This document shows, one piece after another, positions 8,639 to 18,791 of a DNA stretch of 64,000 nt. Origin of the DNA: an uncultured Flavobacteriales bacterium (GTDB lineage Bacteria; Bacteroidota; Bacteroidia; Flavobacteriales_E; Vicingaceae); NCBI GenBank assembly GCA_937901255.1, contig CALCHN010000044.1:6102-70101 (forward strand), given 5' to 3'. Every line of letters starts with the position of its first letter. The first letter of the stretch is position 1. The notes under the pieces are model-generated. The model was not told where the DNA came from and made no database searches. It was given only the letters and a program-made list of their open reading frames with translations. Made by a program: the position numbers and the translations under genes.

Positions 8639-9298
8639 ATGAAAAATATAAACAATATCTTATTAATTATTTCAATTATTACAATGCCAATTGTAGCTTC
8701 TGCACAATACTGTAACAATTTTCACTCTAAATATTGTCCTCCATCAGAAAGTGGAATGTATAGCTTAAATGGGCAATCTAAAAGTGCCTTATTTAGTAAG
8801 GGACAAACTTCAGAACTAAATGTAGTTGTTTATAAAGGTCAGGATTATAGAATTTCTCTTTGTTTTGATGAAACTTTAGGCTCTCAAATTACATACAAAG
8901 TTTACGAAACTAAAAAAGTAAAAGTAGAAAAAGTTATTGAAACTAAAACCATGGAAGACGAATACCAGAAAGATGAAAATGGAGAACTAGTAGTTGATGA
9001 ATGGGGTGAATATATTCTTACAGGAAACCAAGTTGAAGTGGTAAGTAAAGAAACGGTAACTGTTGTAGAACAACAAAAAAACTTACTATATGATAATAGT
9101 CAAGATGGTTTTGCAACAGAATTAGAGTTTTCGGTAGAAACTACCAGAAGATTAATAATAGAAGTTTCTATCCCTGGAAGTGGTGGAAGTGGGAACACTA
9201 AAAACAAACTTATTAAATCTGCAGATATGGGTTGCGTAGGTATTTTAGTTGAACACATGACTACACCAATTCAAGGGTTTAAGGGAACAGGATTTTAA
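8639..9298 (+). CDS. Hypothetical secreted protein (219 aa)
   Basis: Signal peptide (VASAQ). It has a Cys pair (CNNFHSKYC) and further Cys residues. It lies 49 nt after the preceding lipoprotein gene. Confidence 0.6.
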   Translation: MKNINNILLIISIITMPIVASAQYCNNFHSKYCPPSESGMYSLNGQSKSALFSKGQTSELNVVVYKGQDYRISLCFDETLGSQITYKVYETKKVKVEKVIETKTMEDEYQKDENGELVVDEWGEYILTGNQVEVVSKETVTVVEQQKNLLYDNSQDGFATELEFSVETTRRLIIEVSIPGSGGSGNTKNKLIKSADMGCVGILVEHMTTPIQGFKGTGF

Positions 9299-9323
9299 AA
9301 TAAATAAAAAATATTATTGATAG

Positions 9324-9354
9324 AAAAGCTACAAATTAATTTGTAGCTTTTTTA
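9324..9354 (+). terminator. Rho-independent terminator
   Basis: Perfect 28-nt palindrome AAAAGCTACAAATTAATTTGTAGCTTTT followed by further T residues, 26 nt after the stop at 9298. Confidence 0.7.
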
Positions 9355-9438
9355 TTTATTGCTCTTTTAAATAGCTACCTTTACAAGTGTAATAACCGCT
9401 TCGTTATTTATCAAAATAAGATTAAATTTTAAGCAAAT

Positions 9439-10539
9439 ATGAAGAGCATTAAACAGCTATTAATTTTAAATATTTTCATCACATTTTTGTTGATTTCGTG
9501 TGACAATAATAAAACACCAACAACTAGCCCTACTTATGAGAAACTAACTGAATCGGTTTATTCATCTGTAACCATACAGCCAGATAGTTTGTATGCTGTT
9601 TTTTCTTCTGTTACAGGAATTATTGATAAAGTAATGGTAGAAGAAGGCGATGTTGTAAATGAAGGGGATGAGTTGTTTTTAATTACGAATAATACACCCG
9701 TTTTAAATACAGATAATGCTCGTTTAGCCCTTCAAATTGCTCAAGAAAACTATAACGGTAAAAATGCAGTTTTAGAGGATATGAAAAATGAAATTGAAAT
9801 AGCTAAACTAAAGCTGGTAAATGATTCCATAAACTATTTAAGACAGAAAAATTTATGGCAACAAAATATAGGAGCTAAAGCCGAATATGACGCTGCTAAA
9901 TTAAACTTTGAAGCATCTAAAAATACCTATAGTACGCTTCAAAATAAATTTAAAAGAACAAAAAACGAACTGAAACAACAAGTAGAACAAGCAAAAAATA
10001 ATTACCAAGCCTCATTAATTTTAACTAAAGATTTTACCATTAAAAGCAACATTAGTGGAAAAGTATATGCTATTAATAAAAAGCCGGGAGAAATCGTTTC
10101 TATACAGCAATCTATTGCTACAATGGGAAGTTTATCAAACTTTGTTGCTGAGTTGCTAATTGACGAAGTAGATATTGCTAAAATAGAAATTAATCAATTG
10201 GTTATAATAAAATTAGATGCTTATCCATCTCAGGTTTTTAAAGCAAAGGTTAACAAAATTTATCCTCAAAAAAATGAAAGGACACAAACCTTTAAAATTG
10301 ATGCAGAATTTGTTGAATTTCCTCCCAAATTATATCCAGGATTATCTGGAGAAGCCAATATCATCATAAATGAAAAAGATAAAGTATTGGTAATTCCAAA
10401 AAATTATTTGGTAAACAACAACTTTGTAAAAACTAAAAAAGGATTAATAGAAATTACAACTGGACTTGAAAGCATTGATAAAGTTGAAGTGATTTCTGGT
10501 ATTGACGAACATACAGTTATTTATCAACCCGAATTATAA
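9439..10539 (+). CDS. HlyD/MacA-type periplasmic adaptor (membrane fusion protein)
   Basis: Lipoprotein signal (LISC). Barrel-sandwich and coiled-coil pattern, with a long Q/K/E-rich helical hairpin. It directly precedes the FtsX permease. Confidence 0.85.
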   Translation: MKSIKQLLILNIFITFLLISCDNNKTPTTSPTYEKLTESVYSSVTIQPDSLYAVFSSVTGIIDKVMVEEGDVVNEGDELFLITNNTPVLNTDNARLALQIAQENYNGKNAVLEDMKNEIEIAKLKLVNDSINYLRQKNLWQQNIGAKAEYDAAKLNFEASKNTYSTLQNKFKRTKNELKQQVEQAKNNYQASLILTKDFTIKSNISGKVYAINKKPGEIVSIQQSIATMGSLSNFVAELLIDEVDIAKIEINQLVIIKLDAYPSQVFKAKVNKIYPQKNERTQTFKIDAEFVEFPPKLYPGLSGEANIIINEKDKVLVIPKNYLVNNNFVKTKKGLIEITTGLESIDKVEVISGIDEHTVIYQPEL

Positions 10540-10540
10540 G

Positions 10541-11803
10541 ATGAATAGTTTCCGTATCATATTAGGGATTTCTAAAATTCATTTAATTTCAAGAATAAAA
10601 CAAACCTCAATTGCTGCTTTAGGAGTTACTTTTGGTATAAGTGCATTTATTATTCTTATGGGGTTTATGAATGGACTTAATGGTTTGTTGGATGGCTTAA
10701 TTTTAAATAGAACACCTCACATTCATATTTATAATGATATAAAACCTAGCGAAAATCAGCCCATTGCATATTTTAAAGATTTTTCTGAAGCATTTAATGT
10801 GGTACATTCTGTAAAACCTAAACAAACTCAAAAAAAAATACACAATGCACAACCATTAATTAATTATCTTAATCAAAATCCAAAAGTAAAAGGAGCTATA
10901 CCACAAGTTGCAGCTCAAGGGTTTTACATTTCTGGTAGTCAACAATTAAATGGGATGATTACCGGTATAGATGCTCTAGCCGAAGCTAAGCTATTTAATT
11001 TTGATAATTATATTACAGAAGGAAATGTACTCGACTTAAAAAATAATGTTAATGGAATTTTACTTGGAATTGGAGTAGCCAAAAAAATGTCGTTAAAAAT
11101 TGGTGATAGAATTCAAATTGCAAATGTTAATGGGGAAATTATTCCCTTAAAAATTGTTGGTTTATTTCAAAGTGGATTGGCAGAAATCGATAATGCACAA
11201 AGCTATGTAAATGTAAAAACTGCTCAACGTATTTTATCCGAATCGGAAAACTATATTACAGATATTAATGTTAAATTATTTGATATTGAAGATGCAGTAC
11301 CTATGTCTAAATTTATTGCGAATGAATTTACACTTACAGCCATAGATATAAAGACTGCAAACGCTCAATTTGAAACAGGAACATCAGTAAGAAATCTAAT
11401 AAGTTATGCAGTTTCTATTACATTGTTATTAGTGGCTGGTTTTGGTATTTATAATATTCTAAATATGATGATATATGAAAAAATGAATGATATCGCTATT
11501 TTAAAAGCAACAGGTTTTTCTGGTAATGATGTGAAAAGAATTTTTATTAGTCAGGCAGTAATTATAGGTATAGTAGGAGGGGTTTTAGGATTAATTTTAG
11601 GATATTTAGTAAGTAGATTAATTGACAATATTCCTTTTGAAACCGAAGCCATTCCTAACATCACCACCTATCCAGTAGTGTATAACTATTTACATTACAT
11701 CATAGCCATGTTATTTGCCATGATATCTACTTTTATTGCTGGATATTTACCAGCACAAAAAGCAAAAAATATAGACCCTGTTGAAATAATAAGAGGACAA
11801 TGA
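10541..11803 (+). CDS. FtsX-like ABC transporter permease (MacB/LolC family)
   Basis: TM1 is followed by a large periplasmic domain and three C-terminal TMs, ending DPVEIIRGQ. The start is moved to the ATG at 10541, 1 nt after the adaptor stop. Confidence 0.85.
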   Translation: MNSFRIILGISKIHLISRIKQTSIAALGVTFGISAFIILMGFMNGLNGLLDGLILNRTPHIHIYNDIKPSENQPIAYFKDFSEAFNVVHSVKPKQTQKKIHNAQPLINYLNQNPKVKGAIPQVAAQGFYISGSQQLNGMITGIDALAEAKLFNFDNYITEGNVLDLKNNVNGILLGIGVAKKMSLKIGDRIQIANVNGEIIPLKIVGLFQSGLAEIDNAQSYVNVKTAQRILSESENYITDINVKLFDIEDAVPMSKFIANEFTLTAIDIKTANAQFETGTSVRNLISYAVSITLLLVAGFGIYNILNMMIYEKMNDIAILKATGFSGNDVKRIFISQAVIIGIVGGVLGLILGYLVSRLIDNIPFETEAIPNITTYPVVYNYLHYIIAMLFAMISTFIAGYLPAQKAKNIDPVEIIRGQ

Positions 11804-12471
11804 ATACAATACTTGAAGCAAAAAATATCAATAAGTACTTTAGAGATCCAGTGCTTTTTCATGCACTTAAAAACATTAGTTTTAATATAACTAAAGGAGA
11901 GTTTGTTTCTATTATGGGGAAATCTGGTTGTGGAAAATCTACCCTACTTTATATACTTTCAACCATGGATACTGATTATGACGGAGAGTTGTATATAGAT
12001 GGAGAATTAACAAGCGGAAAAACCAATGATGAATTAGCTTTTATTAGAAATAAACACATTGGTTTTGTATTTCAGTTTCATTATTTATTACCTGAATTTA
12101 CAGTTTTAGAAAATGTAATGTTGCCAGCAAAAAAACTGGGAGAAAAAAGTCTCGAAGAAATTGAGCATGATGCAATTGAAAAACTTAAACTACTTCACAT
12201 TGATGATCAAGCTTTAAAATTAGCTTCAAGAATTTCTGGTGGACAAAAACAAAGAGTATCCATTGCTCGGTCTTTAATTAATAGTCCAAGTATAATTATG
12301 GGAGATGAACCAACAGGAAATCTTGACAGTAAAAATGCTGAAAATGTATTTAATATTTTTCAGGAATTAAGTCATCAACAAAACCTTTCGTTGCTAATCG
12401 TTACACATGATGAAGAGTTTGCAAACAAAACCGACAGAATTATCATGATGGGAGATGGTCATATTATTTAA
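11800..12471 (+). CDS. ABC transporter ATP-binding protein (MacB/LolD type)
   Basis: Walker A GKSGCGKST, signature ISGGQKQRV and Walker B IIMGDEPTGNLD. It overlaps the permease stop by 4 nt. Confidence 0.9.
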   Translation: MNTILEAKNINKYFRDPVLFHALKNISFNITKGEFVSIMGKSGCGKSTLLYILSTMDTDYDGELYIDGELTSGKTNDELAFIRNKHIGFVFQFHYLLPEFTVLENVMLPAKKLGEKSLEEIEHDAIEKLKLLHIDDQALKLASRISGGQKQRVSIARSLINSPSIIMGDEPTGNLDSKNAENVFNIFQELSHQQNLSLLIVTHDEEFANKTDRIIMMGDGHII

Positions 12472-12487
12472 TTAGTTATTAATAATC

Positions 12488-13117
12488 ATGCAAAAATATT
12501 TAGATGTAACTCAAACAATATCAGATGGTATTATCGAAAAAGGATATGCTGTAATAGATAGTTTATTGCCTGATAACCAATTAAATCATATTATTGATAG
12601 GTTTGAAGAACTGCAACAAGAAGACGAGTTTTCAAAAGCCGGAATAGGTAAACAAATTCATTATACGATAGATAAAGTGGTGAGAGGTGATTTTATTCGT
12701 TGGATAGATCCAAAAGATGAAAACGCACCTGTTTTTAAGTTATATGAATATATTAATGAGTTAATTATTCATCTCAACAGAACTTGTTATTTAGGAATTA
12801 AAGATTACGAAACACATTATGCTTTTTACCCAGAAGGAAGAGGTTATAAAATGCACAGAGATAGATTTAAAAACAATCCTCACCGAATAGTTTCCTTTGT
12901 TTTTTATCTGAATAAAAACTGGCAACAAGGAGATGGTGGAGAACTGGTTTTATTTGATGAAGATAAAAATGAGATAGAAACTATTGCACCAAAAGCCAAC
13001 AGATTAGCTGTTTTTTTAAGTGAAACCCTCCACGAAGTTAAAAATTGCAATAACGAAAGAAGAAGTATAACTGGTTGGTTATTGGATGTTCCTACCAAAC
13101 TTACTTTTTTAGGGTAA
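12488..13117 (+). CDS. 2OG-Fe(II) oxygenase (prolyl 4-hydroxylase-like)
   Basis: HxD...H pattern (MHRD ... LHEV) and a C-terminal RxS (RRSITGW). Confidence 0.7.
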   Translation: MQKYLDVTQTISDGIIEKGYAVIDSLLPDNQLNHIIDRFEELQQEDEFSKAGIGKQIHYTIDKVVRGDFIRWIDPKDENAPVFKLYEYINELIIHLNRTCYLGIKDYETHYAFYPEGRGYKMHRDRFKNNPHRIVSFVFYLNKNWQQGDGGELVLFDEDKNEIETIAPKANRLAVFLSETLHEVKNCNNERRSITGWLLDVPTKLTFLG

Positions 13118-13137
13118 GCTTAGTAGGAACACTTTAA

Positions 13138-14388
13138 TTACTTCTTAAACTCCAACAATGTTTTTTTGATTATGCTTACACAATCTAACAATTGTTCTTC
13201 ATTCATAACTAAAGGTGGAGCAAAACGGATGATGTTACCATGAGTAGGTTTTGCTAATAAACCATTATCTCTCAGTTTTATACAAATATCCCAAGCTGTT
13301 GAGCTATCTTCTGTATCATTAATTAAAATAGCATTTAATAGGCCTTTTCCTCTTACAGCACTTACTAAATCTGTTTGCTCAATAACTTTGTTCATTTCAG
13401 TTCTAAAAAGCTCTCCTAAACGGTAAGCATTTTCTGCCAAGTTTTCATTTTTAACTACTTCTAAAGCAGCAATAGCTACTTTTGCAGCTAATGGGTTACC
13501 CCCGAAAGTTGAACCATGTTGCCCCGGTTTAATAACTTCCATAATATCGTTATTAGCTAATACTGCCGAAACAGGATAAACACCTCCTGAAAGAGCTTTT
13601 CCTAAGATTAAGATATCTGGTTTAACATTTTCATGATCACATGCTAAAATTTTACCTGTTCTTGCAATACCCGTTTGTACTTCATCAGCAATAAAAAGCA
13701 CATTGTTTGCTTCACAAACTTCTTTGGCTTGTTTTAAGTAACCATCAGTAGGAACATAAACTCCGGCTTCACCCTGAATTGGTTCTACTAAAAATCCGGC
13801 AACATCTTTTTCTTCTCTTAATACTTTTATTAAAGCTTCTATGTTGTTGTATTCTATGCTCACAAATCCTTCTGTATAAGGACCAAAGTTTTTTCTTGCA
13901 TCTTCATCATTAGAAAATGAGATAATGGTAGTTGTTCTTCCGTGGAAGTTGTTACCACAAACAATTATTTTTGCTTTGTTTTCGGCAATCCCTTTCTTTT
14001 CGTAGCCCCATTTTCTGCATAATTTGATAGCTGTTTCAACAGCTTCAGCTCCTGTGTTCATTGGTAATACTTTGTCGAAACCAAAAAATTCAGTTACATA
14101 TTTTTCGTAAATACCTAAAGTATCATTATAAAAAGCTCTAGAAGTTAAGGTAAGTTCTTTTGCTTGTTCGGTAAGTGCGTTAATAATTTTTGGATGACAA
14201 TGTCCTTGGTTAACAGCAGAGTATGCTGACAAAAAATCGTAATATTTTTTTCCTTCCACATCCCAAACAAATACGCCTTCTCCTTTGGCTAACACAACAG
14301 GTAAAGGATGGTAGTTGTGAGCTCCATGTTCATTTTCTAATTCCATTGCCGCTTTTGAAGATAGCTTGTTTTCCGTCATTGTATTCAT
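13138..14388 (-). CDS. rocD: Ornithine--oxo-acid aminotransferase
   Basis: N-terminal [42 protein letters not shown]. Class-III PLP pattern, including the PLP-lysine region [10 protein letters not shown]. Confidence 0.9.
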   Translation of the reverse strand: MNTMTENKLSSKAAMELENEHGAHNYHPLPVVLAKGEGVFVWDVEGKKYYDFLSAYSAVNQGHCHPKIINALTEQAKELTLTSRAFYNDTLGIYEKYVTEFFGFDKVLPMNTGAEAVETAIKLCRKWGYEKKGIAENKAKIIVCGNNFHGRTTTIISFSNDEDARKNFGPYTEGFVSIEYNNIEALIKVLREEKDVAGFLVEPIQGEAGVYVPTDGYLKQAKEVCEANNVLFIADEVQTGIARTGKILACDHENVKPDILILGKALSGGVYPVSAVLANNDIMEVIKPGQHGSTFGGNPLAAKVAIAALEVVKNENLAENAYRLGELFRTEMNKVIEQTDLVSAVRGKGLLNAILINDTEDSSTAWDICIKLRDNGLLAKPTHGNIIRFAPPLVMNEEQLLDCVSIIKKTLLEFKK

Positions 14389-14455
14389 AATAGTTGTTTT
14401 TAAATCGTAATTATTAAACCAAAATTAAGCATAATGCCTACAAGAAAAAAAGATT

Positions 14456-15058
14456 TTAAACGCTCAATTTAGAAATGTTGTTGTCTTGTACTTTAGATAA
14501 AAGAACTAACATAGTAATAGCCCCAATAGTTGCATAAAACATATCCGTTTGTGTATCCCAAACATAACCTTGTGTGCCTAAAAAAGCATCCGCATTTTCG
14601 CCAGAGAACAATGCTACCCACCATTCTAAAAATTCGTAAACAGCACTAAAGCTTAAACAAATACTTACCACAATAAAGTTTAACCACTTTTTGATTGGTA
14701 CAATGTTTTTTCTAACAAATAATTCTCTTACTATCATTGCAGGAATAAAACCTTGAGCAAAATGCCCGACTTTATCGTAATTGTTGCGAGATAAGTCAAA
14801 AACTTCTTTAATCCAATCAAACAAAGGAACTTCAGCGTATGTATAATGTCCGCCAACAAATAAAATAAAGCTATGCAGTAAGATAAAACAATAGGTTAGG
14901 AAGGTAAATTGAAATTTTTTAAAAGTAAAAATTAAAATAATGATTCCTAAAACTGCTGGAAAAACCTCCAAACCCCAAGTAAAATAATCAAACGGCTGTA
15001 TGCCCGACCATATTAATCCGATAAAGAATAAGATAATTAGTGTTAGGTGTTTATTCAT
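14456..15058 (-). CDS. DUF2238/YjdF-like integral membrane protein
   Basis: Polytopic membrane protein of 200 aa containing the GHFAQGFIPA motif. It overlaps the upstream antiporter gene by 8 nt. Confidence 0.6.
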   Translation of the reverse strand: MNKHLTLIILFFIGLIWSGIQPFDYFTWGLEVFPAVLGIIILIFTFKKFQFTFLTYCFILLHSFILFVGGHYTYAEVPLFDWIKEVFDLSRNNYDKVGHFAQGFIPAMIVRELFVRKNIVPIKKWLNFIVVSICLSFSAVYEFLEWWVALFSGENADAFLGTQGYVWDTQTDMFYATIGAITMLVLLSKVQDNNISKLSV

Positions 15059-16265
15059 TTTCTTGAGGAAGTGCTTGCTCTTGTTTTTTCTCTCTTTTGT
15101 TGGTAATTAAGCCCAACATCATAATAAAAGAAGTAAGTATGATGACTTGAATAATTAATGGTTTATTGACTAAGCCTATAGTTTGTTCTGGAGCAATGGT
15201 TAAGAATAAAAGTATGGTAATAAGTCCACGAGGAGCAATTAAAAGTAAAGGACGTAGCGGTAATTTAGAAAACTGAAGTTGAATAAACCTGAAGATAAAA
15301 ATTGCACCAACTATAGCTCCCGACCATAATAAAGATTCTTGGTTAATTATTTCGGCAGTATTCATTAAATAACCAAAAAGCATAAAAAATATAGTTCTAA
15401 TAAGAAAAGTTCCTTCCATAACTATTTCTTTAAATTTCATAACCTCTGTATTAAGTTTGTCTGGTTTAGCTTTTCTAATCCATTTAATGTGTTTCAATTC
15501 ATCTAAGTTTCCTAAAAATATTCCGAATAGTAAAATAAATATTAATGCCGGCAGGTGGAACATTTTAGATACAGCATAAATAGTTATAATCATAATAATG
15601 ATGGGAACAAACTTAGTGTGGTTTTTAATTTTGCTTAAAAGAAACGCCAAGCCAAGTGTTGCAACAAATGAAATAACAATTATTAAAAGAATTTGCATGG
15701 CAAAACTCCCAAAAGCTGCTGCATTTATATTTTCATTTAGAGCTATAAAATCGAAAAAGATTACTCCAAAAATATCAGATAAACTACTTTCGTAAATAAT
15801 AAATTCTTTACTCGATTTGGTAATGTTTTTTACGCTAGGTATAGCAATAGAACTGCTTATTATGGAAAGCGGAATGGCATTTAATAAGCTATCTTTATAA
15901 GAATAATCTCCAAAGTAATAAAAAGCGTAAGCTAAAATAAAACTTAAACCAACCGTTTGAATAAGTGAGGCAAAAACAGACTTTTTTATTAATGGGTAAT
16001 TAGACTTTTTAAATTCCAATTCTAAAGAACCTTCTAAAACAATTAAAATTAAACCTATAGTACCAAAAATAGGAAGTAATGAATTTAAATCGGGTAAGGT
16101 GATATCTAAAAAGTTGAGTAATTGCTTTGCTGCCCAACCTAAGGTAAGCAGTAAAATTACAGAGGGGATTTTGGTTTTTGGTGCACTAAGGTCGAACAGG
16201 TAAGCAATAATAATTAAAGCACATAAAGATATGATAATAGGTATAGTCATAAATGAAAACAGCAA
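15051..16265 (-). CDS. Cation:proton antiporter (Na+/H+ exchanger family)
   Basis: About 11-12 predicted TM helices in 404 aa, with CPA-like composition. No soluble domain. Confidence 0.7.
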   Translation of the reverse strand: MLFSFMTIPIIISLCALIIIAYLFDLSAPKTKIPSVILLLTLGWAAKQLLNFLDITLPDLNSLLPIFGTIGLILIVLEGSLELEFKKSNYPLIKKSVFASLIQTVGLSFILAYAFYYFGDYSYKDSLLNAIPLSIISSSIAIPSVKNITKSSKEFIIYESSLSDIFGVIFFDFIALNENINAAAFGSFAMQILLIIVISFVATLGLAFLLSKIKNHTKFVPIIIMIITIYAVSKMFHLPALIFILLFGIFLGNLDELKHIKWIRKAKPDKLNTEVMKFKEIVMEGTFLIRTIFFMLFGYLMNTAEIINQESLLWSGAIVGAIFIFRFIQLQFSKLPLRPLLLIAPRGLITILLFLTIAPEQTIGLVNKPLIIQVIILTSFIMMLGLITNKREKKQEQALPQENE

Positions 16266-16327
16266 TTAGTCTGTATTTTCCAAAAATAATTAAAACTCAC
16301 TACTTTTATGCTAAATAGCGGTTAAAA

Positions 16328-17152
16328 TTATAAAGAAACTTCAGCTTTTATATGTGGGTGCGGATCGTAGTTTACCAATTCAAAATCTTCATAAGTAAAA
16401 TCAAAAATATTTTTAATGTTTGGATTAATTTTCATGGTGGGCAGCTTTTTGGGAGTTCTTTGTAGTTGAAGTTGAGCTTGTTCTATATGGTTGTTATATA
16501 AGTGAACATCGCCAAATGTATGCACAAATTCTCCAGGTTCTAAATCGCAAACCTGAGCAATCATCATAGTAAATAGAGCGTAAGAAGCAATATTAAAAGG
16601 TACGCCTAAAAAAGTATCTGCACTTCGTTGGTAAAGTTGGCAAGATAGTTTTCCATTAGCAACATAAAACTGAAAAAAAGCATGACAAGGAGGAAGAGCG
16701 GCTTTTCCATTAGCAACATTCTCTGCAAAAGAAACAGTTGTATCAGGCAAAACACTTGGGTTCCATGCCGAAATCATTAATCTTCTACTGTTAGGGTTGG
16801 TTTTAATTTGCTCAATTAAGTCAGAAAGTTGATCAATTCCTTCTCCATTCCAATTTCTCCATTGGTAACCATAAACAGGTCCTAAATCACCATTTTCATT
16901 TGCCCAACCGTTCCATATATTTACACCATTTTCTTTTAGGTAAGTAATATTGGTATCGCCTTTAATAAACCAAAGTAGTTCATGGATAATAGATTTTAAA
17001 TGTAGTTTTTTAGTGGTTAAACATGGAAAGCCTTCACTTAAATCAAATCGCATTTGGTAGCCAAAACAACTTAAGGTTCCTGTTCCGGTTCTGTCGCCTT
17101 TTTGCACACCATTTTTTAAAATATGATCTAATAAAGTTAAATATTGCTGCAT
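16328..17152 (-). CDS. thyA: Thymidylate synthase
   Basis: Motif [11 protein letters not shown]...[25 protein letters not shown]. The start is set at the ATG giving [12 protein letters not shown]; the track's 10-aa TTG extension is discarded. Confidence 0.95.
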   Translation of the reverse strand: MQQYLTLLDHILKNGVQKGDRTGTGTLSCFGYQMRFDLSEGFPCLTTKKLHLKSIIHELLWFIKGDTNITYLKENGVNIWNGWANENGDLGPVYGYQWRNWNGEGIDQLSDLIEQIKTNPNSRRLMISAWNPSVLPDTTVSFAENVANGKAALPPCHAFFQFYVANGKLSCQLYQRSADTFLGVPFNIASYALFTMMIAQVCDLEPGEFVHTFGDVHLYNNHIEQAQLQLQRTPKKLPTMKINPNIKNIFDFTYEDFELVNYDPHPHIKAEVSL

Positions 17153-17270
17153 GTTTTTTTCTATTAAAGTTATGAAATACAAAAGTCGATTAAAAATGAT
17201 TTTAATTCAATAGTTGTTAATACATTTTGATAACTTGTTGTTGAGGATAATTACTGAAGCAAGAAAAGAA

Positions 17271-17657
17271 TTACTGTTTAAACGATAGCAACCATTTTAT
17301 GGCTTTTTCTTCATTTTTAAACATTCTGGTAGGGGTAGCTGGTTTTTTAAATTTGATGAAAAAATTAGCTAACAAAACAGTGGTCATTGATTTTGTTAAA
17401 ATAGCCATAGCAATATTTAAGTCGGTAACTTCTTTGCTTGCCAAATAATCTTGAGCTTCTTTTGAAATGTGCCATATTTTACGGATGTCTCCGAGTACCA
17501 ACATTTTTTTTCCTTGTTGAAGTTTTTCTCGAGCTTCTTTATTGGCTACAACATGTTCTAGTTCTACAACTGAGTCATCTTTAAACGCTATAAATAAATA
17601 ATTATCTCTTAGCTCTAAAACGGCTGATTCTGTTTCTATATAATCGACTGCTACCAA
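17271..17657 (-). CDS. Hypothetical protein (128 aa, STAS/SpoIIAA-like by composition)
   Basis: Long ORF with a TTG start and no strong motif. Confidence 0.45.
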   Translation of the reverse strand: MVAVDYIETESAVLELRDNYLFIAFKDDSVVELEHVVANKEAREKLQQGKKMLVLGDIRKIWHISKEAQDYLASKEVTDLNIAMAILTKSMTTVLLANFFIKFKKPATPTRMFKNEEKAIKWLLSFKQ

Positions 17658-17705
17658 AAAGGTTAAATATTAGTTAGGTAAATTTTGTCGATAAAAATAA
17701 GCAAT

Positions 17706-18731
17706 TTATAGTTTCATTCTAGCGTTTGGTGTGTAATTTTTAGAAAAATCATGATTTTCTAAAAAACTGTAATAACCAGTAATAGCTATCATAGCGGCAT
17801 TGTCGGTGCAGTATTCAAATTTTGGTATAAATACTTTTATATCTTTTTCAGTGAGAGATTGAAGAGCAGCTCTTAATCCGGAATTGGCAGAAACACCACC
17901 AGCAATAGCAATTTGCTTAATGTTTGTTTGTTCTACAGCTTTCAGTAATTTCCCGATAAGGATGTCAACTATGGTTTTTTGAACTCCCGCACAAATATCT
18001 TTTATATTTTCGGTAATAAAATCGGGATTAGTTTTAAGTTCTTTTTGTAAAAAGTACAGTACAGAAGTTTTTAATCCGCTAAAACTAAAATTCAATTCAT
18101 CTACTTTAGGATGAGGAAATGAAAATCTATCAGGATTACCTTCTTTAGCATATTTGTCAACTAACGGACCACCAGGATAGGGTAGTTGGAGCATTTTGGC
18201 AACTTTGTCAAACGCTTCTCCAGCAGCATCATCAATGGTTTCGCCAATAACTTCCATTTTAAAAAAATCATCTACTCTAACAATTTGAGTATGTCCGCCA
18301 CTAACGGTTAAACACAAAAAAGGAAACTCAGGCATTTCTTTTTCTTCATCAATTTCTTTAATAAAGTGAGCTAAAATATGTCCTTGCATGTGGTTTACTG
18401 CAATTGCGGGAATGTCTAAACCAATTGAAAGGGTTTTGGCAAAAGAACTTCCTACCAATAAAGAGCCCAACAAACCCGGACCGTTTGTAAAAGCCACAGC
18501 AGTAATATCATTTTTACTTACACCAGCTTTTTTAAGTGCAGCATCTACCACAGGTATAATGTTTTGCTGATGAGCCCTAGAAGCAAGCTCGGGAACTACT
18601 CCACCATATTTTTTGTGTACTTCTTGGTTGGCTATTATGTTGGCAAGGACTTTGCCATCGGAGATTACAGCAGCAGCAGTATCATCACAAGATGATTCTA
18701 TTCCTAAAATTATAATGGAAGATTGATGCAT
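17706..18731 (-). CDS. tsaD: tRNA N6-adenosine threonylcarbamoyltransferase
   Basis: Motifs GIESSCDDTAAAV, HMQGHILA and GGVSANSGLR. Confidence 0.95.
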   Translation of the reverse strand: MHQSSIIILGIESSCDDTAAAVISDGKVLANIIANQEVHKKYGGVVPELASRAHQQNIIPVVDAALKKAGVSKNDITAVAFTNGPGLLGSLLVGSSFAKTLSIGLDIPAIAVNHMQGHILAHFIKEIDEEKEMPEFPFLCLTVSGGHTQIVRVDDFFKMEVIGETIDDAAGEAFDKVAKMLQLPYPGGPLVDKYAKEGNPDRFSFPHPKVDELNFSFSGLKTSVLYFLQKELKTNPDFITENIKDICAGVQKTIVDILIGKLLKAVEQTNIKQIAIAGGVSANSGLRAALQSLTEKDIKVFIPKFEYCTDNAAMIAITGYYSFLENHDFSKNYTPNARMKL

Positions 18732-18791
18732 TAAATGTATTTTTGAGGTCTCAAAATAAAGTTCAAAACTATCAAAAAAAGAAATAAAATA

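Noticed and set aside
10502-10540. N-terminal extensions suggested by the ORF track: permease from 10502, thyA from 17182, ribD from 44316 and the membrane protein from 42109.
   Set aside because: The extensions begin at non-ATG codons, overlap upstream genes or add residues foreign to the family N-termini. Internal ATGs (10541, 17152, 44262 and 42079) give canonical N-termini.
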